A stretch of DNA of 32,000 nucleotides from a bacterium (lineage in GTDB: Bacteria; UBP14; UBA6098; B30-G16): assembly GCA_030613005.1 (NCBI GenBank), contig JAUWMV010000005.1:33047-65046 (forward strand), given 5' to 3'. The notes beneath the pieces are model-generated. The model was not told the DNA's origin, searched no databases, and worked only from the letters and a program-made list of their open reading frames with translations. Position 1 is the stretch's first letter. Each line of letters starts with the position of its first letter. The position numbers were made by a program, and so were the translations under genes. Shown here one piece after another: positions 19,280-30,300 of this stretch.

Positions 19280-20440
19280 TTGAGAACAATCGTTCACATA
19301 GATATGGATGCTTTTTTTGCTTCGGTAGAGCAATTGGATAGACCAGAACTCCGTGGGAAACCAGTTGTTGTGGGAGGTGATCCTTTTAAAGGCAGAAATG
19401 TCGTGTCTTCCGCTTCGTATGAAGCCCGAGCTTATGGAATCCACGCTGCAATGCCCACCAGACATGCATATCGTCTCTGTCCTCAAGCTACTTTTTTAAA
19501 GGGCAGATTTGCTCGGTATGAGCAATTTTCAAGACGTATTTTTGAGATAATGCTTAAATTTTCTCCGGCTGTCGAGCCTGCGTCCATCGACGAGGCTTTC
19601 GTTGATTTGACAGGTACTGAGAAGTTGTTTGGCGATCCAATCGAGACCGCAAAAATGATTAAAGAGGAAATTAAGGTCAATGTTAATCTTCCAGTATCAG
19701 TGGGCGTAGCTCCCAATAAATTATTAGCAAAAATTGCTTCCGAGGAAATGAAACCGGATGGGTTTTTCGTAATTAAAGAGAATGAGATAAGAAGTTTTCT
19801 TGAACCTAAACCGTTGTCCATAATCCCAGGAATTGGTCCCAAGCTCAGCGAACAATTGGCAGGTTTCGGGTTCGTTTTGATTGGAGACGTTTTGAAATAT
19901 TCACTTAAGGAATTTGTGAAGACTCTTGGTGGCTCTGGCAGGGAACTTTATCAACTCGTTCAGGGAATTGACGATCGACCTGTGAAGCCGCCTGAAGAAC
20001 GAAAACAAATATCACAAGAGAGAACTTTCAATAGTGACATTTCAGATTTTGGCTTGCTTAAATGGAAACTTCTGCTGCTTTGTGATCGTATTGCAGAAAG
20101 GTTGTTGAAACGTCAAATTGTTGGTAGAACAATAACTTTGAAAGTGAAATTTTCTGATATGAAATCCATAACTCGGTCGGAAACAATAGATTATCCAACC
20201 AGATCCAATAAGTTAATCTATGATATTGCAGAAAAACTGCTTATTAATGTACAGAAAAGGAATATTAGGCTTCTTGGAATATCAATTTCAAATCTTGTTC
20301 CTTCAGTGGATTGGAGTTCACAATTGTTTAATGTTGATAGTAAATCTGAAGATTTAGTTAAGTTGATGTTAGATATCCGAGAAAAACACGGATATGACAG
20401 AATTGTCAGAGCATTCGAAATATCGAAAAAGAGACGCTAA
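19280..20440 (+). CDS. dinB: DNA polymerase IV (Y-family), TTG start
   Basis: 'RTIVHIDMDAFFASVEQLDRPELRGKPVVVGG', 'SYEARAYGIHAAMP', 'EPASIDEAFVDLTGTEKLFG' and 'VSVGVAPNKLLAKIASEEMKPDG'. No ATG matches the conserved N-terminus, so TTG at 19280 is the likely start. Confidence 0.95.
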   Translation: MRTIVHIDMDAFFASVEQLDRPELRGKPVVVGGDPFKGRNVVSSASYEARAYGIHAAMPTRHAYRLCPQATFLKGRFARYEQFSRRIFEIMLKFSPAVEPASIDEAFVDLTGTEKLFGDPIETAKMIKEEIKVNVNLPVSVGVAPNKLLAKIASEEMKPDGFFVIKENEIRSFLEPKPLSIIPGIGPKLSEQLAGFGFVLIGDVLKYSLKEFVKTLGGSGRELYQLVQGIDDRPVKPPEERKQISQERTFNSDISDFGLLKWKLLLLCDRIAERLLKRQIVGRTITLKVKFSDMKSITRSETIDYPTRSNKLIYDIAEKLLINVQKRNIRLLGISISNLVPSVDWSSQLFNVDSKSEDLVKLMLDIREKHGYDRIVRAFEISKKRR

Positions 20441-20469
20441 AAAAAAAATTTAGATAGTGAAATAATAAA

Positions 20470-20498
20470 TTGACTTTTATTATAGATTTGTATATTTA
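20470..20498 (+). promoter_or_regulatory. Possible promoter for the VWA/Ig-like secreted protein gene
   Basis: TTGACT (20470-20475), 17-bp spacer, TATTTA (20493-20498), followed by SD AGGAGG at 20534-20539. Confidence 0.4.
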
Positions 20499-20545
20499 TA
20501 TTATTGTAGGATTTTAAAAGAATGATTTTGAATAGGAGGTTTATT

Positions 20546-23500
20546 GTGAAAAAGTTTGTATTAGTTTTTACATTGATAGCCACTTTCTGTTTGGTCGGTG
20601 CAATTGCCCCGGAAATAATTGGCATTTCCATCGATAGAGGCATTCACGGCATGTCATACAGTATTTCAATCATTGGAAACAACTTCATTGCCACACCCAC
20701 AGCAGATTTTGGAATTGGTATCAATACAACTGCAGTAAATTACTTCGGATTATCGATTATCGTAGCTGACATCGACGTTACTTTTGGAGCGCCATTAGGA
20801 TTCCACGATATGATTGTAACTAATCCGAGTGGTGAGGCGGACACATTGTTGGATGCTTTCGAGGTTCTACCTGAGGATGATCCACCGGAAGTATATCTCA
20901 TTCATCCCGATACATGCGGTGGATATTTCGGTTGTTTAGATCGTCCCATCGAAATAAAATTGGTCGACGGTAGTGGAATCGATGACACACTTCTTCAAGT
21001 CCGTATGAATGGCATAATCTATACAATTGATTCGATTCAGATAGCGTTACTCGGTGATACAGTTCTCTATTTTATTCCACGAGATTCATATTTTACAGAT
21101 GGCGATATATTCGATTTCGCCATTGTTAGAATAGCGGATACTTTTGGAAATGTTTCCATACTACCATTTGACTGTACATTTATTGTAGATAGACAAGCAC
21201 CTTTTGTATTAACTTCAGAACCGCCTATCGATGGTTTTACAAGAGATGAAGTGCCTGATTTTCAGATATGGTTGGTTGATTCCGGTGCAGGGATCGATAG
21301 CAGCGGTTTTGAGTTTTTAATTATCCGAAATTCACTTTCGGAAACTCTTGCATATGATATTACGGATGCAAGCCTGTATTTTCGACGCGATACTCTTGTT
21401 TGGCGTGGATGGATGACAGATTTTATATTTGAGGACGGTGAAACGATAATGGTTTGCATTCATGCAACAGATTTAGTTCCTGGGGGAGCTTGTGGTCCTA
21501 ATGAAATGGATACATGTTGGCCTTTGCGATACGTATTTATCCCTCCAATACTTATTGACTTAACAATAGATAGAATTTATACCGATAAGTTTCCTATGGT
21601 TACTGGACATTGCCTTGTTCTTGATGAATTTAGCAATACTGTTGAACATTTGGACGCATCCAATTTCACGGTATGGGAAGATCATGGAATCGGTTGGAAA
21701 GAACAGTATCCTCTTATCGTTCAACCTTTGGGTGGAAGCGGAATGATCGATATTGTGTTCTGCATAGATACAACTGGGAGTATGCACGGTATGATTTCTT
21801 CTGTTGAAGCTGGTTTAGTAGCTTTTGCTGATTCCTTAATTGTTGCAGGTATATCACCAAGACTAGGATTAAATACATTTGGAGACGGTGTTAACTTTAC
21901 ATATGGTTACGAACTGACAGGTGCTATCTTGACATTTCGAGCTCGAGTTGCGTCTATAGGTGCAGGTGGAGGCGCTGACGGAGAAGAAGAGTCTTTAGAT
22001 GCTATAATGATGGCATTAGACTCAATGAATTTCCGATCTGGGGCTCATATTGTTATAGTTATGATTACAGACGCAAGAGCATGTACTCTCGGTGAACCAC
22101 CTCCGTATAGCTTGTGTAACTCGGATTATACCTTAAGTATGGTTGAGTCGAATCTATTAATGAATAGAGCGGATCTTTTCGTTGTAGCTAATTCGAGACT
22201 CGACATGGGCTATCCGGGATGGGAAGCTATTTATACCGATTTATGCGAATCGACTCCTTCGGGTAGGTTTTTCTCGTGGGATAGTTCATTTACAATGATC
22301 TTATCGTATATTTCGGAAGCTGTTAGAGGAGGTTATATAATTTCCTGGACAAGTTCACATCCGTTTGCTGACTGTCAGATGCGGAATGTAAAAATTCGTG
22401 TGGATGCCTATGGTCTCGATGATACTCGTACAAAAGGTTATCTTGCTCCATGTTCACCGACAACAGCCATTTTAGAACCATTGCCCGATACATGGACATC
22501 GGATTCTATTCAAAGAATTCTTATGACATTTGATGAACTTGAAGCAGAAGATTCCATCGACGAAACCTCGATTGTGTTTATGGTGAAAAGGAAACCATTC
22601 AATATATACGATCCTGTGATGAATTATACTGATCCAATTCTAACCTGGACTCCTAATCAAGCATTCACAAATAACGAGGTTGTCGACGTAGAACTTAGTA
22701 GAGTTATGGATCTGCAAGGGAATCTACCATTCGCTGGTCCTGTTCGATGGAAATTCAGGGTCGATTTAGAACCACCGAGAGTCACCTATAAGAAGCCTGA
22801 TAACGGCGATTATGTTATTACACATACTCCTAAGATATGTTTCAAAATCTGGGATGAAGAATCCGGTTTGAACAAGGAAGGCTTGTTGATTGCAGTGGAT
22901 AATAAACTAAGCCGACAGCAGTTTCCGCCATTTATAGTTACATTTACGTATAATAGTGACGGGGTTAGTTGGGATGGAAGATATCTTTGTTGGGATCCAA
23001 TTGAAGCTGGAATTAGCTTTATGGATAGAGATACTGTGTGTGTAAATATTCTTCGAGCTGTTGACCAACCTGATTATGGTGATCCTAATGTATTAGAAGA
23101 CAGATGGTGCTTTATTATACCGGACGACGATACATTGTGTCCGGAATTCTCGGATCTATCACCGGATTCTACTATTCCGTTATCGCCTTTGAATCCCTTT
23201 GATATACAAGCAAATATTGTTGACGAGACTGGAGTATATAATGCGTGGGTAGAATGGGATATAGATGGCGATCTCGATGATGGTACCTTCAGTATAACTG
23301 ACATGCAAGAATTAACAGATGATATTTTCAAGACGATAAATAGTATTCCCGGTCAAAGAGAGGTTATAGATTTCGTTTATAGGATTTGTGCCTGCGATAA
23401 CGATACAGATCATGGCGATTTCACAGATTCTTCATGCTGTTGTAGTGATATTATGCCATTATATTTTGGCCAGGGTCCTGCCGCTGAACCTATTGAACCA

Positions 23501-24427
23501 ATAAATAGTACAGTCTCTACAAACGAGGATCAAAGAATTGTGGTAAGAATTTATGATGACGAGTCAGGTGTTGACCCATCGACAATAATCTTGAGAATTA
23601 ATTCCATAGATTATCACTTTGGCGGTCCTGATATGGTGTTTTCAGGTGAAACACTTTACTATTATCCGCAACCAGGTAATTATTTCACCGATGGTGAAGA
23701 TGTCGATGTTGAAATTGTTCAAGCAAAGGATAAGGCTGGTAATGATCTCAGAGGTGTTTATAGATGGTCATTTTTTGTCGATCTAACACCACCTGTCGTT
23801 ACTAAACACGATCCAGCACGACGACAGTTGATTATGGATAGTCAGTATACTCTTAAATTTGAGATTGTCGATAGATGGCGAGAAGTTGATCCTCTTACAT
23901 TGGAATTATTCATTTACAATAGGATACTTCATCCAACTGGTGACGTGGGTTGGACATATACTGTAGATTCAAGTGGTTTAAATTGGGACGAAAGAAATCA
24001 TAGCTTGAAATTTGTACCCATAGATGCTGTGCCACAGTTTGCTTATCCTAACAATGACACAGTTTGTATAAGGCTTCTTGCAGCTGATCTAATGCCGGAT
24101 TACGGTTTAAGGAACTTTATGGATCCGTTTAATTTGTGCTTCCTATTCGCGGTTTCAGGATGTGATGCCGAGCCACTTATTGTGACTCCTAACGGTGATG
24201 GTTTTAATGACATGGTTTATTTCACTTATCCCGATATGGTTAAAGGTATTGGAATAATATACATTTATGATACAGAAGGTGAACTTATTTGGGAATCTCC
24301 TAAAGGTGCAGATACATGGAGTTGCGTATCTGGAAGCGGGGAATTAGTTCGACCTGGTTTGTATATTTATGTCATCGAGGTCGGTGGTGAGGTTAAGTGC
24401 ACCGGTTCGATTACTGTTGCTCGATAA
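20546..24427 (+). CDS. Large secreted multi-module protein: signal peptide, IPT/TIG-like, repeated Ig/cadherin-like modules, VWA domain, gliding-motility/CHU_C-like C-terminal domain
   Basis: GTG 20546 with SD AGGAGG (20534-20539) encodes 'MKKFVLVFTLIATFCLVGA'; the track start 20522 lacks this context. MIDAS-like 'FCIDTTGSM', repeated 'DEESGLN/DDESGVD' modules, C-terminal 'VTPNGDGFNDMVYF...LVRPGLYIYVIEVGGEVKCTGSITVAR'. Confidence 0.85.
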   Translation: MKKFVLVFTLIATFCLVGAIAPEIIGISIDRGIHGMSYSISIIGNNFIATPTADFGIGINTTAVNYFGLSIIVADIDVTFGAPLGFHDMIVTNPSGEADTLLDAFEVLPEDDPPEVYLIHPDTCGGYFGCLDRPIEIKLVDGSGIDDTLLQVRMNGIIYTIDSIQIALLGDTVLYFIPRDSYFTDGDIFDFAIVRIADTFGNVSILPFDCTFIVDRQAPFVLTSEPPIDGFTRDEVPDFQIWLVDSGAGIDSSGFEFLIIRNSLSETLAYDITDASLYFRRDTLVWRGWMTDFIFEDGETIMVCIHATDLVPGGACGPNEMDTCWPLRYVFIPPILIDLTIDRIYTDKFPMVTGHCLVLDEFSNTVEHLDASNFTVWEDHGIGWKEQYPLIVQPLGGSGMIDIVFCIDTTGSMHGMISSVEAGLVAFADSLIVAGISPRLGLNTFGDGVNFTYGYELTGAILTFRARVASIGAGGGADGEEESLDAIMMALDSMNFRSGAHIVIVMITDARACTLGEPPPYSLCNSDYTLSMVESNLLMNRADLFVVANSRLDMGYPGWEAIYTDLCESTPSGRFFSWDSSFTMILSYISEAVRGGYIISWTSSHPFADCQMRNVKIRVDAYGLDDTRTKGYLAPCSPTTAILEPLPDTWTSDSIQRILMTFDELEAEDSIDETSIVFMVKRKPFNIYDPVMNYTDPILTWTPNQAFTNNEVVDVELSRVMDLQGNLPFAGPVRWKFRVDLEPPRVTYKKPDNGDYVITHTPKICFKIWDEESGLNKEGLLIAVDNKLSRQQFPPFIVTFTYNSDGVSWDGRYLCWDPIEAGISFMDRDTVCVNILRAVDQPDYGDPNVLEDRWCFIIPDDDTLCPEFSDLSPDSTIPLSPLNPFDIQANIVDETGVYNAWVEWDIDGDLDDGTFSITDMQELTDDIFKTINSIPGQREVIDFVYRICACDNDTDHGDFTDSSCCCSDIMPLYFGQGPAAEPIEPINSTVSTNEDQRIVVRIYDDESGVDPSTIILRINSIDYHFGGPDMVFSGETLYYYPQPGNYFTDGEDVDVEIVQAKDKAGNDLRGVYRWSFFVDLTPPVVTKHDPARRQLIMDSQYTLKFEIVDRWREVDPLTLELFIYNRILHPTGDVGWTYTVDSSGLNWDERNHSLKFVPIDAVPQFAYPNNDTVCIRLLAADLMPDYGLRNFMDPFNLCFLFAVSGCDAEPLIVTPNGDGFNDMVYFTYPDMVKGIGIIYIYDTEGELIWESPKGADTWSCVSGSGELVRPGLYIYVIEVGGEVKCTGSITVAR

Positions 24428-24510
24428 GACCTGTAATGATAGCTGAGTTCGATTGAATGAAATTTTGAACAATACGTTTGAGATTTCGATTTAGAAAAAT
24501 AATAAATAAT

Positions 24511-24560
24511 TATCCTGTGATTGGCTTTGCGCAATTGAAGTTAGTCACAGGATATTTTTC
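24511..24560 (+). terminator. Putative intrinsic terminator downstream of the VWA protein gene
   Basis: Perfect 10-bp inverted repeat TATCCTGTGA (24511-24520) / TCACAGGATA (24545-24554), immediately followed by a T-run. Confidence 0.5.
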
Positions 24561-25038
24561 TGAGAAAGATAAAAAAAGCAGCATACATATCATTTTTCTC
24601 CGTTTAGGTTTAACTGTAAATTTAATTTCTCGATATACCTAAGCTTATTATAACTGGGATTACAACATTTTATGTGATGTTTAATGATTTCTTAGGTCGT
24701 GGCAATCAAGAAAACTCAAATTTAGCTTAGGAGTAAGCATTACGGTTTGAATGAATTTAGCGAGTAAAATTGGTATTAGAATATTTGTCCCCTTTTGCAA
24801 AAAAAGCAAAGATGTAGCAACACAAAGCAGTGTGTATCTTAATAGCGTTTTTTTCATGAGCATACGTTATTAATATATCGAGGCGTAATTTATAGAGGAA
24901 AACAGAGAATATGTTTTTTTTGAAGTTTAATTTTAAATATTTTATCAGACATAATTTTTTTAAATTTTGTGTGAAGAAGAAAAATGATTTAGGACTTCCT
25001 ATTTATAAAGATTAATTAGATTTTTCAAGGGGGTTTTT

Positions 25039-25998
25039 TTGAGTATTTTATTTCAGATAATTCTTGTATGTATATTTCTTTGTCTTTCTGCAATGTTTTC
25101 AGGGTCCGAGACTGCTTATTTTTCGTTATCTCCTCTTCACAGGGAAAAAATAAAATCTTTTCGCACAGTCTCTGCAAAGCGAGTAATAACATTATTGAAC
25201 AATCCTCAATCGCTTCTCACTGGAATACTTTCTGGTAATACAATCGTAAATGTTGCAGCTACAGTTGTTGTAACTTCAATGTTTGAAAGTTTTTTCCCAG
25301 GTAAAGGTGTTAATTATTCGATACCTTTTATGACAATTTTATTACTTATATTTGGAGAAATTACGCCAAAGGTAATTGCTGCACGGTGGAATTTGGACTT
25401 TGCGATGGCTTTGTCGAAATTTTTAAGAATATCGATGAAAGTTGTTTGTCCTGTAAGAATTTTGCTTGACCTGGTGAGTAAAATTGCAAAATCGACGGCT
25501 GTTTTTAAAGAGGAACTCACCGAAGCGGATATTAGAGCAATGATAGATGTCCTTCGAAGAAGTGGTAATACAGATCCTGATATCTTGAGAGCTCTTGCAG
25601 GAACTTTGGAATTGAGTAGAATCCCTTTGACCAAATTTATGGTCTATAGAAATGAATGGAATAAAATTGGCATAAAAACCACAGTTGGAGAAGTTTGCAA
25701 ATTATTATCGAAAGTTAGAGAAGGATATGTCGTTGTGATGGATAAAGAAAAGGTTATGGGAATTATAGAAGCCGAGGACCTTTTAGGTGCTGCCAATGAA
25801 GAGATATCGGGGAATTATATCCAGTTTCCATTATCAGTGAGTGAACGTACAAGTCCTGAGTCTTTGCTTAGAAGGTTTTTTATTTCAGGTGTAAATTGGT
25901 CTATGGTTCATGAAGATGGTTTGGAAATAGGAATTGTAAGTGCAAAAAGACTCTTATCCGCATTGATATCTGAGGAACTAACTGGAGAGTTAGCATGA
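25039..25998 (+). CDS. CNNM/DUF21 membrane protein with CBS-like region (CorC/HlyC family, short form), TTG start
   Basis: 'LCLSAMFSGSETAYFSLSPLHREKI', 'LLIFGEITPKVIAARWNLDFA', and AAGGGGG SD-like sequence upstream of TTG 25039. Confidence 0.85.
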   Translation: MSILFQIILVCIFLCLSAMFSGSETAYFSLSPLHREKIKSFRTVSAKRVITLLNNPQSLLTGILSGNTIVNVAATVVVTSMFESFFPGKGVNYSIPFMTILLLIFGEITPKVIAARWNLDFAMALSKFLRISMKVVCPVRILLDLVSKIAKSTAVFKEELTEADIRAMIDVLRRSGNTDPDILRALAGTLELSRIPLTKFMVYRNEWNKIGIKTTVGEVCKLLSKVREGYVVVMDKEKVMGIIEAEDLLGAANEEISGNYIQFPLSVSERTSPESLLRRFFISGVNWSMVHEDGLEIGIVSAKRLLSALISEELTGELA

Positions 25999-27164
25999 TA
26001 AACATTTTATTGATAGCAATCGGTTTAGGTGGAGCAGCTTTTTTTCACGGTTCCGAAACAGCTTTCATATCTCGGATTTATAAACCCACAAAAGGAATTG
26101 CGGAATGGTGGCGGAATCGTCCTGGTATGCTTTTATCTACTGTGCTGGTTGGGACAAATTTGTCACTCGTTGTAGCAACTGCAATAGCAACGAATGTCAT
26201 AAAGAGGAACTTTGGTTTGTATTCAGAGATTATAACTACAATAGCAATAAGTATTATTGTTTTGATTTTTTGCGAAACGCTACCTAAATCTATGGCGCTC
26301 AAGAAGGATGTGAAAGGGATGCTGGCTTTAGGGTACATCTTGGTGGTTTTCAGGATTTTAACTTTTCCAGTTATTTTGTGTGCAACTGAATTTACAAAAG
26401 GAATAACCAAAATTTTTGAAATAATCGGTGGAAAGGACACAAGTCCACAGCCTAAGGAATTAATGGAATTACTCCGAAAGCCTGCAAAGGGGCTGGATGA
26501 AGGTAGATTGGTCATGCTTCTTGTTTTTCTGAGGTTTGCGAACAAACGGATACTCGATGTTATGACTCCGATTTCGCAGGTAGGTTCCATGGATGTTACC
26601 GAAAAAGCTAATTTGGCTCATAATCTCATTAAGGAGGGAAGACCATATATAATTATTTATAACGTGGATAGACCGTTAGGAGTAATAGATTCTTCAACTG
26701 CAGCGTTGATGAATCCCAATGAGCCTATCGATATTAATCGAATATCGACAGTATTTATACCCGAGAGCAAGGATGCTTCTGCATTTCTTCGTGAAACTGT
26801 AAACGATTTTACACCAGCTGTGGTAATAGATGAATTTGGAAATGTTACTGGTGCGTTCGGTGGATCACCTCTTTTAAAGAAAATTTTGCGAACAAAAGAA
26901 TTACCCGAGAAAGTTCTGGAGTATGCAGGTGCAAGTATTGTCATTAAAGGTAATATGACAATCGATCAACTAAATATTATTACTGGGGAACAACTTCCCA
27001 GAGGTCCATATAGAACGGTTTCAGGATTTATTCAGGAGCATTTGAAACAGATACCGAAATCAGGATATACATTTAAATGGGATTTTTTAAAATTTGTAAT
27101 CCTTTCAGCGGATGAAAGAAGAATTTACAAAGTTCGTGTGGAAAGATGCGAGGATTCAGAATAG
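25995..27164 (+). CDS. CNNM/DUF21-CBS-CorC_HlyC family membrane protein
   Basis: 'GAAFFHGSETAFISRI', 'FCETLPKSMALK', CBS-like region, C-terminal 'AVVIDEFGNVTGAFGG...SADERRIYKVRVER'. Its ATG overlaps the previous TGA (ATGA at 25995-25998). Confidence 0.88.
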   Translation: MINILLIAIGLGGAAFFHGSETAFISRIYKPTKGIAEWWRNRPGMLLSTVLVGTNLSLVVATAIATNVIKRNFGLYSEIITTIAISIIVLIFCETLPKSMALKKDVKGMLALGYILVVFRILTFPVILCATEFTKGITKIFEIIGGKDTSPQPKELMELLRKPAKGLDEGRLVMLLVFLRFANKRILDVMTPISQVGSMDVTEKANLAHNLIKEGRPYIIIYNVDRPLGVIDSSTAALMNPNEPIDINRISTVFIPESKDASAFLRETVNDFTPAVVIDEFGNVTGAFGGSPLLKKILRTKELPEKVLEYAGASIVIKGNMTIDQLNIITGEQLPRGPYRTVSGFIQEHLKQIPKSGYTFKWDFLKFVILSADERRIYKVRVERCEDSE

Positions 27165-27253
27165 AATTTGGGCTGTGAATTGATCTTGATAATTGTTAAA
27201 ATAATAAGTTGAGTTAATATGTAAATTAGATTAGTAGACTGGAATTAAATTCT

Positions 27254-27284
27254 AAAAAAAAAGAGCTCTCCAAAAGGAGAGCTC
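27254..27284 (-). terminator. Intrinsic terminator of the large minus-strand secreted protein gene
   Basis: Perfect 9-bp stem GAGCTCTCC (27263-27271) / GGAGAGCTC (27276-27284) with AAAA loop. Read on the minus strand it is followed by a run of 9 T. Confidence 0.9.
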
Positions 27285-27314
27285 CTAAGGTTATTTAACC
27301 TTTAATTAGAGGTT

Positions 27315-30300
27315 TTACCGCATTCTTACAGCGATAGATCGTTGAACGAATTTCTTACCCTCAGAATCTTTAGCAGTGATCTTGTAAATATAACTTCCAT
27401 TTGCAATCTGATCGTTGGAGTTATCTTGCCCTGTCCATGGTAGTGCGTGGTATCCTGGAGTTGTAGGACCAGCGAATTTCTTTACGAGTCTTCCTCTGAG
27501 AGTGAAAACCTCGACCTTAAGAGACTGAACGGGTCGCAAGAGTGTGTAAATTATCTCAGTGTAATCCTTAAACGGATTAGGATAGTTGATGATACCGGTC
27601 AGTGGATTTCCTCTACCGACAGTGAGTTCACATGAAGCCATGTTGTCTTTTTCGTTTGTCTCGCCAATTATAGAATCGGGATCGATGTATACGTATGCTC
27701 GCTCGTACCAGTTGTTCATTGGATATGTGAAAGAGACTGTTGCAAAACTATCTGCCTGGATTGCAAGGATGGCAATATACTGGTCTTCACCAACCTGTAT
27801 ACCATTTTGATCGGTAATACGCACTGGAACATTTTCGAGCTTCATATTTCCCTTATAGTGGACTTTCACATTAAGAATTGCATCGTCGCCAATATCATTA
27901 ATTTGGTTTGCGAGAGAGATGTCTTCATCCGAGATATACAGATTGGCGCCATAGTAAAGTGTTTCAGGATCAGTCTCAGTGAACTTTCGACGGTCGTCCA
28001 CGATTGTTGTTCTTGCTAACCCAGTAGGTTCTATCATAGGTCCGTAAAATTCGGCAACGGTGGTATAACATATTTCAAGAGATCGTTGAATTTCTGTTGT
28101 AGGTACAGAAAGTTTAATCGGTATATCGAACCTTTTGCCGGGAGGCATATCGGGTGGTTCTATAATTAACCTTTTCTTAATAGTATCGAAATTGTATGTG
28201 AATGGTGTCGATGTTGAAACGAATTCCGCATCTTTGCCTATGTTGACGATGACCTTTGGATCAGATGCAAGGTCGTTCCCCGGATTGCCTATAGTAACTG
28301 TAACAACCATTTCATTTTCACCCTGATGGAGAGCGAAATAACCGTCAGGTCTAACTTCCTCACCGTTGACTTCGGTTATCGCCTTGAAAGGAGTGATTTG
28401 GGGACCTTGAGCTGAAATCCAGAATTTAGAGCCTCTACCTTCACGTTCGATGCTAGCCCAGTCGTTATATCGTATTATTGGAGAATTTGAGACTAGGAGT
28501 TTATCATCTCCTCGAATAGGATCAGTTACCGCCTTGATACCAAACCAGAGAGAATTGTGTTCCTTAGTAGGAAATTCAATTATATCTGATGGCAGAGTGA
28601 GAGTAAGAGTAGAATCTGAATAACTTCCGCTAACTGAAGAATATGCAGTATCGAAGAGTGCTACTTCAGGTTTATGCCAATCCCAAACAGCGGATACCGG
28701 TGTTGGAACGCTAACAAAACCTTCTAACGAATCCTCGAATTCAGTAAGTTTTGCTGGTGCAATTACAAAGGGTGGTGTGGTATTTCTTCCCCATCGGACA
28801 ATTGCGAATTTGGAGGATGGTGCTTCAATTGTTGAAGGGAAACCATCTCCTATCTTAGTGTCGTATTCTCTCACGTTAGCAGTGATTTTGAATGGTATAT
28901 CATAGACATCAACTTGAAGTGAAGGATCGATGCGTAGATGGAAAATGAAGTAAACTCTTCTTGAACTAAGAACTTCTGGTATACTAGCTGAGCCGTCTTC
29001 GTTCCCAATCATGAATAGCATTTCTCGTTCGGAGGAATTGAAACGCCAACCGGCTCGGAATGTTCGAGGATCGTCTCCGGGAAGCCACTCCTCGGTGGAT
29101 GGATCGTAATGTGCTGGTACGAAAGGTCTGGGATATGCCGAATACCATAAAACAGGTTCAGTAGAACCAAGCTCTGATAAATCTGGTTTGCAGGTAATAT
29201 CATCCCAAATTAATCCACTTGCATTATCCACCTCTACGATAGTTGTTAGAATCGCTCCGGTTATTTCCTTAGGATATCCAGCTTCAACAAGGAAATGGTC
29301 GTCTGGAAGGTCTTCTGCCCACGGAATTGCGGTTACAGTCACTGATTCACGTGTTGGGTCAATCCTTGAATGATTAATAACATCCGGCTCGAACAATGAA
29401 GATGGATCTCTGCCACCAATATGTGCTATAATTGTAGCTTGTCCATTTGAAAATGCGTTAGCCCATGGATCGTAAAGCTCGTTGAATTTGTGCGGTTCGT
29501 TTTTATCGTAGATTTCATACCTTAGAAATATTGTATCTAAATATAGCGAGACAATAGTAGGCGTTACATCACGATTAATAGCAATATGATGACCTCGAGC
29601 TTCCGCAAACAATGCATGTGACCATTGTACCCAAGGTGAACCACCAAATATTTCCTCATTAACCAGAACAGCTCCATCATTAACTTTTACTGGACCTTCC
29701 CAACCGGAACCTTCCCAAATAGCTCGGATCGTTAGATGAGTTTCACCAAGTTTCTCAGGGAGATCGTCACCATAAGAGGAATCCGGTCCCGGATTCCAAC
29801 CCTTATGTGCATGTGCAAGATCACCCTCGATTGTAACAGTTGTATCCCATGGATTTAACCAATAGTCGATTTCTGCGTCTTCGCCATCGCCGGGTGGAAA
29901 TATGTCATGAAGATATCCTGTACTACTAACGAATCTGTCACCTTTGTCATCCATCCAATCGTCGACGCCATCAAAGTCGTCATCGTCGAGAGCAGGAGGA
30001 ATTAATATCTGTGGACAGTATATTTCGTATTTAAATGGATATTCCAACACATAAACTGCAGTATCGATAAGTGAATTTGTGTCTATAAGAGTAACATACT
30101 CCGGGAATATATGCTCCCAATCGAATTCGCCTGTAATTGCATCTCTTGGTAATTTTATGGAATAATCTCCTATTCCTTTTGGTATGGTTACAACAACATA
30201 TCCGAAGACTCCATCGCCGAGAGAGTCGGGAACAGTCGATGTTCTATCCCAACCGCGATCCCACGTGTTTATATAATCGTAATCAAACTGACCGAGATCG

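Noticed and set aside
19235-19842. Minus-strand ORFs of 83 and 119 aa over dinB
   Set aside because: Largely or entirely antisense to conserved dinB, with no SD or family signature.
20522-20545. ATG 20522 as the start of the VWA protein
   Set aside because: It would place the SD AGGAGG inside the coding region and add residues before a textbook signal peptide. GTG 20546 fits better.
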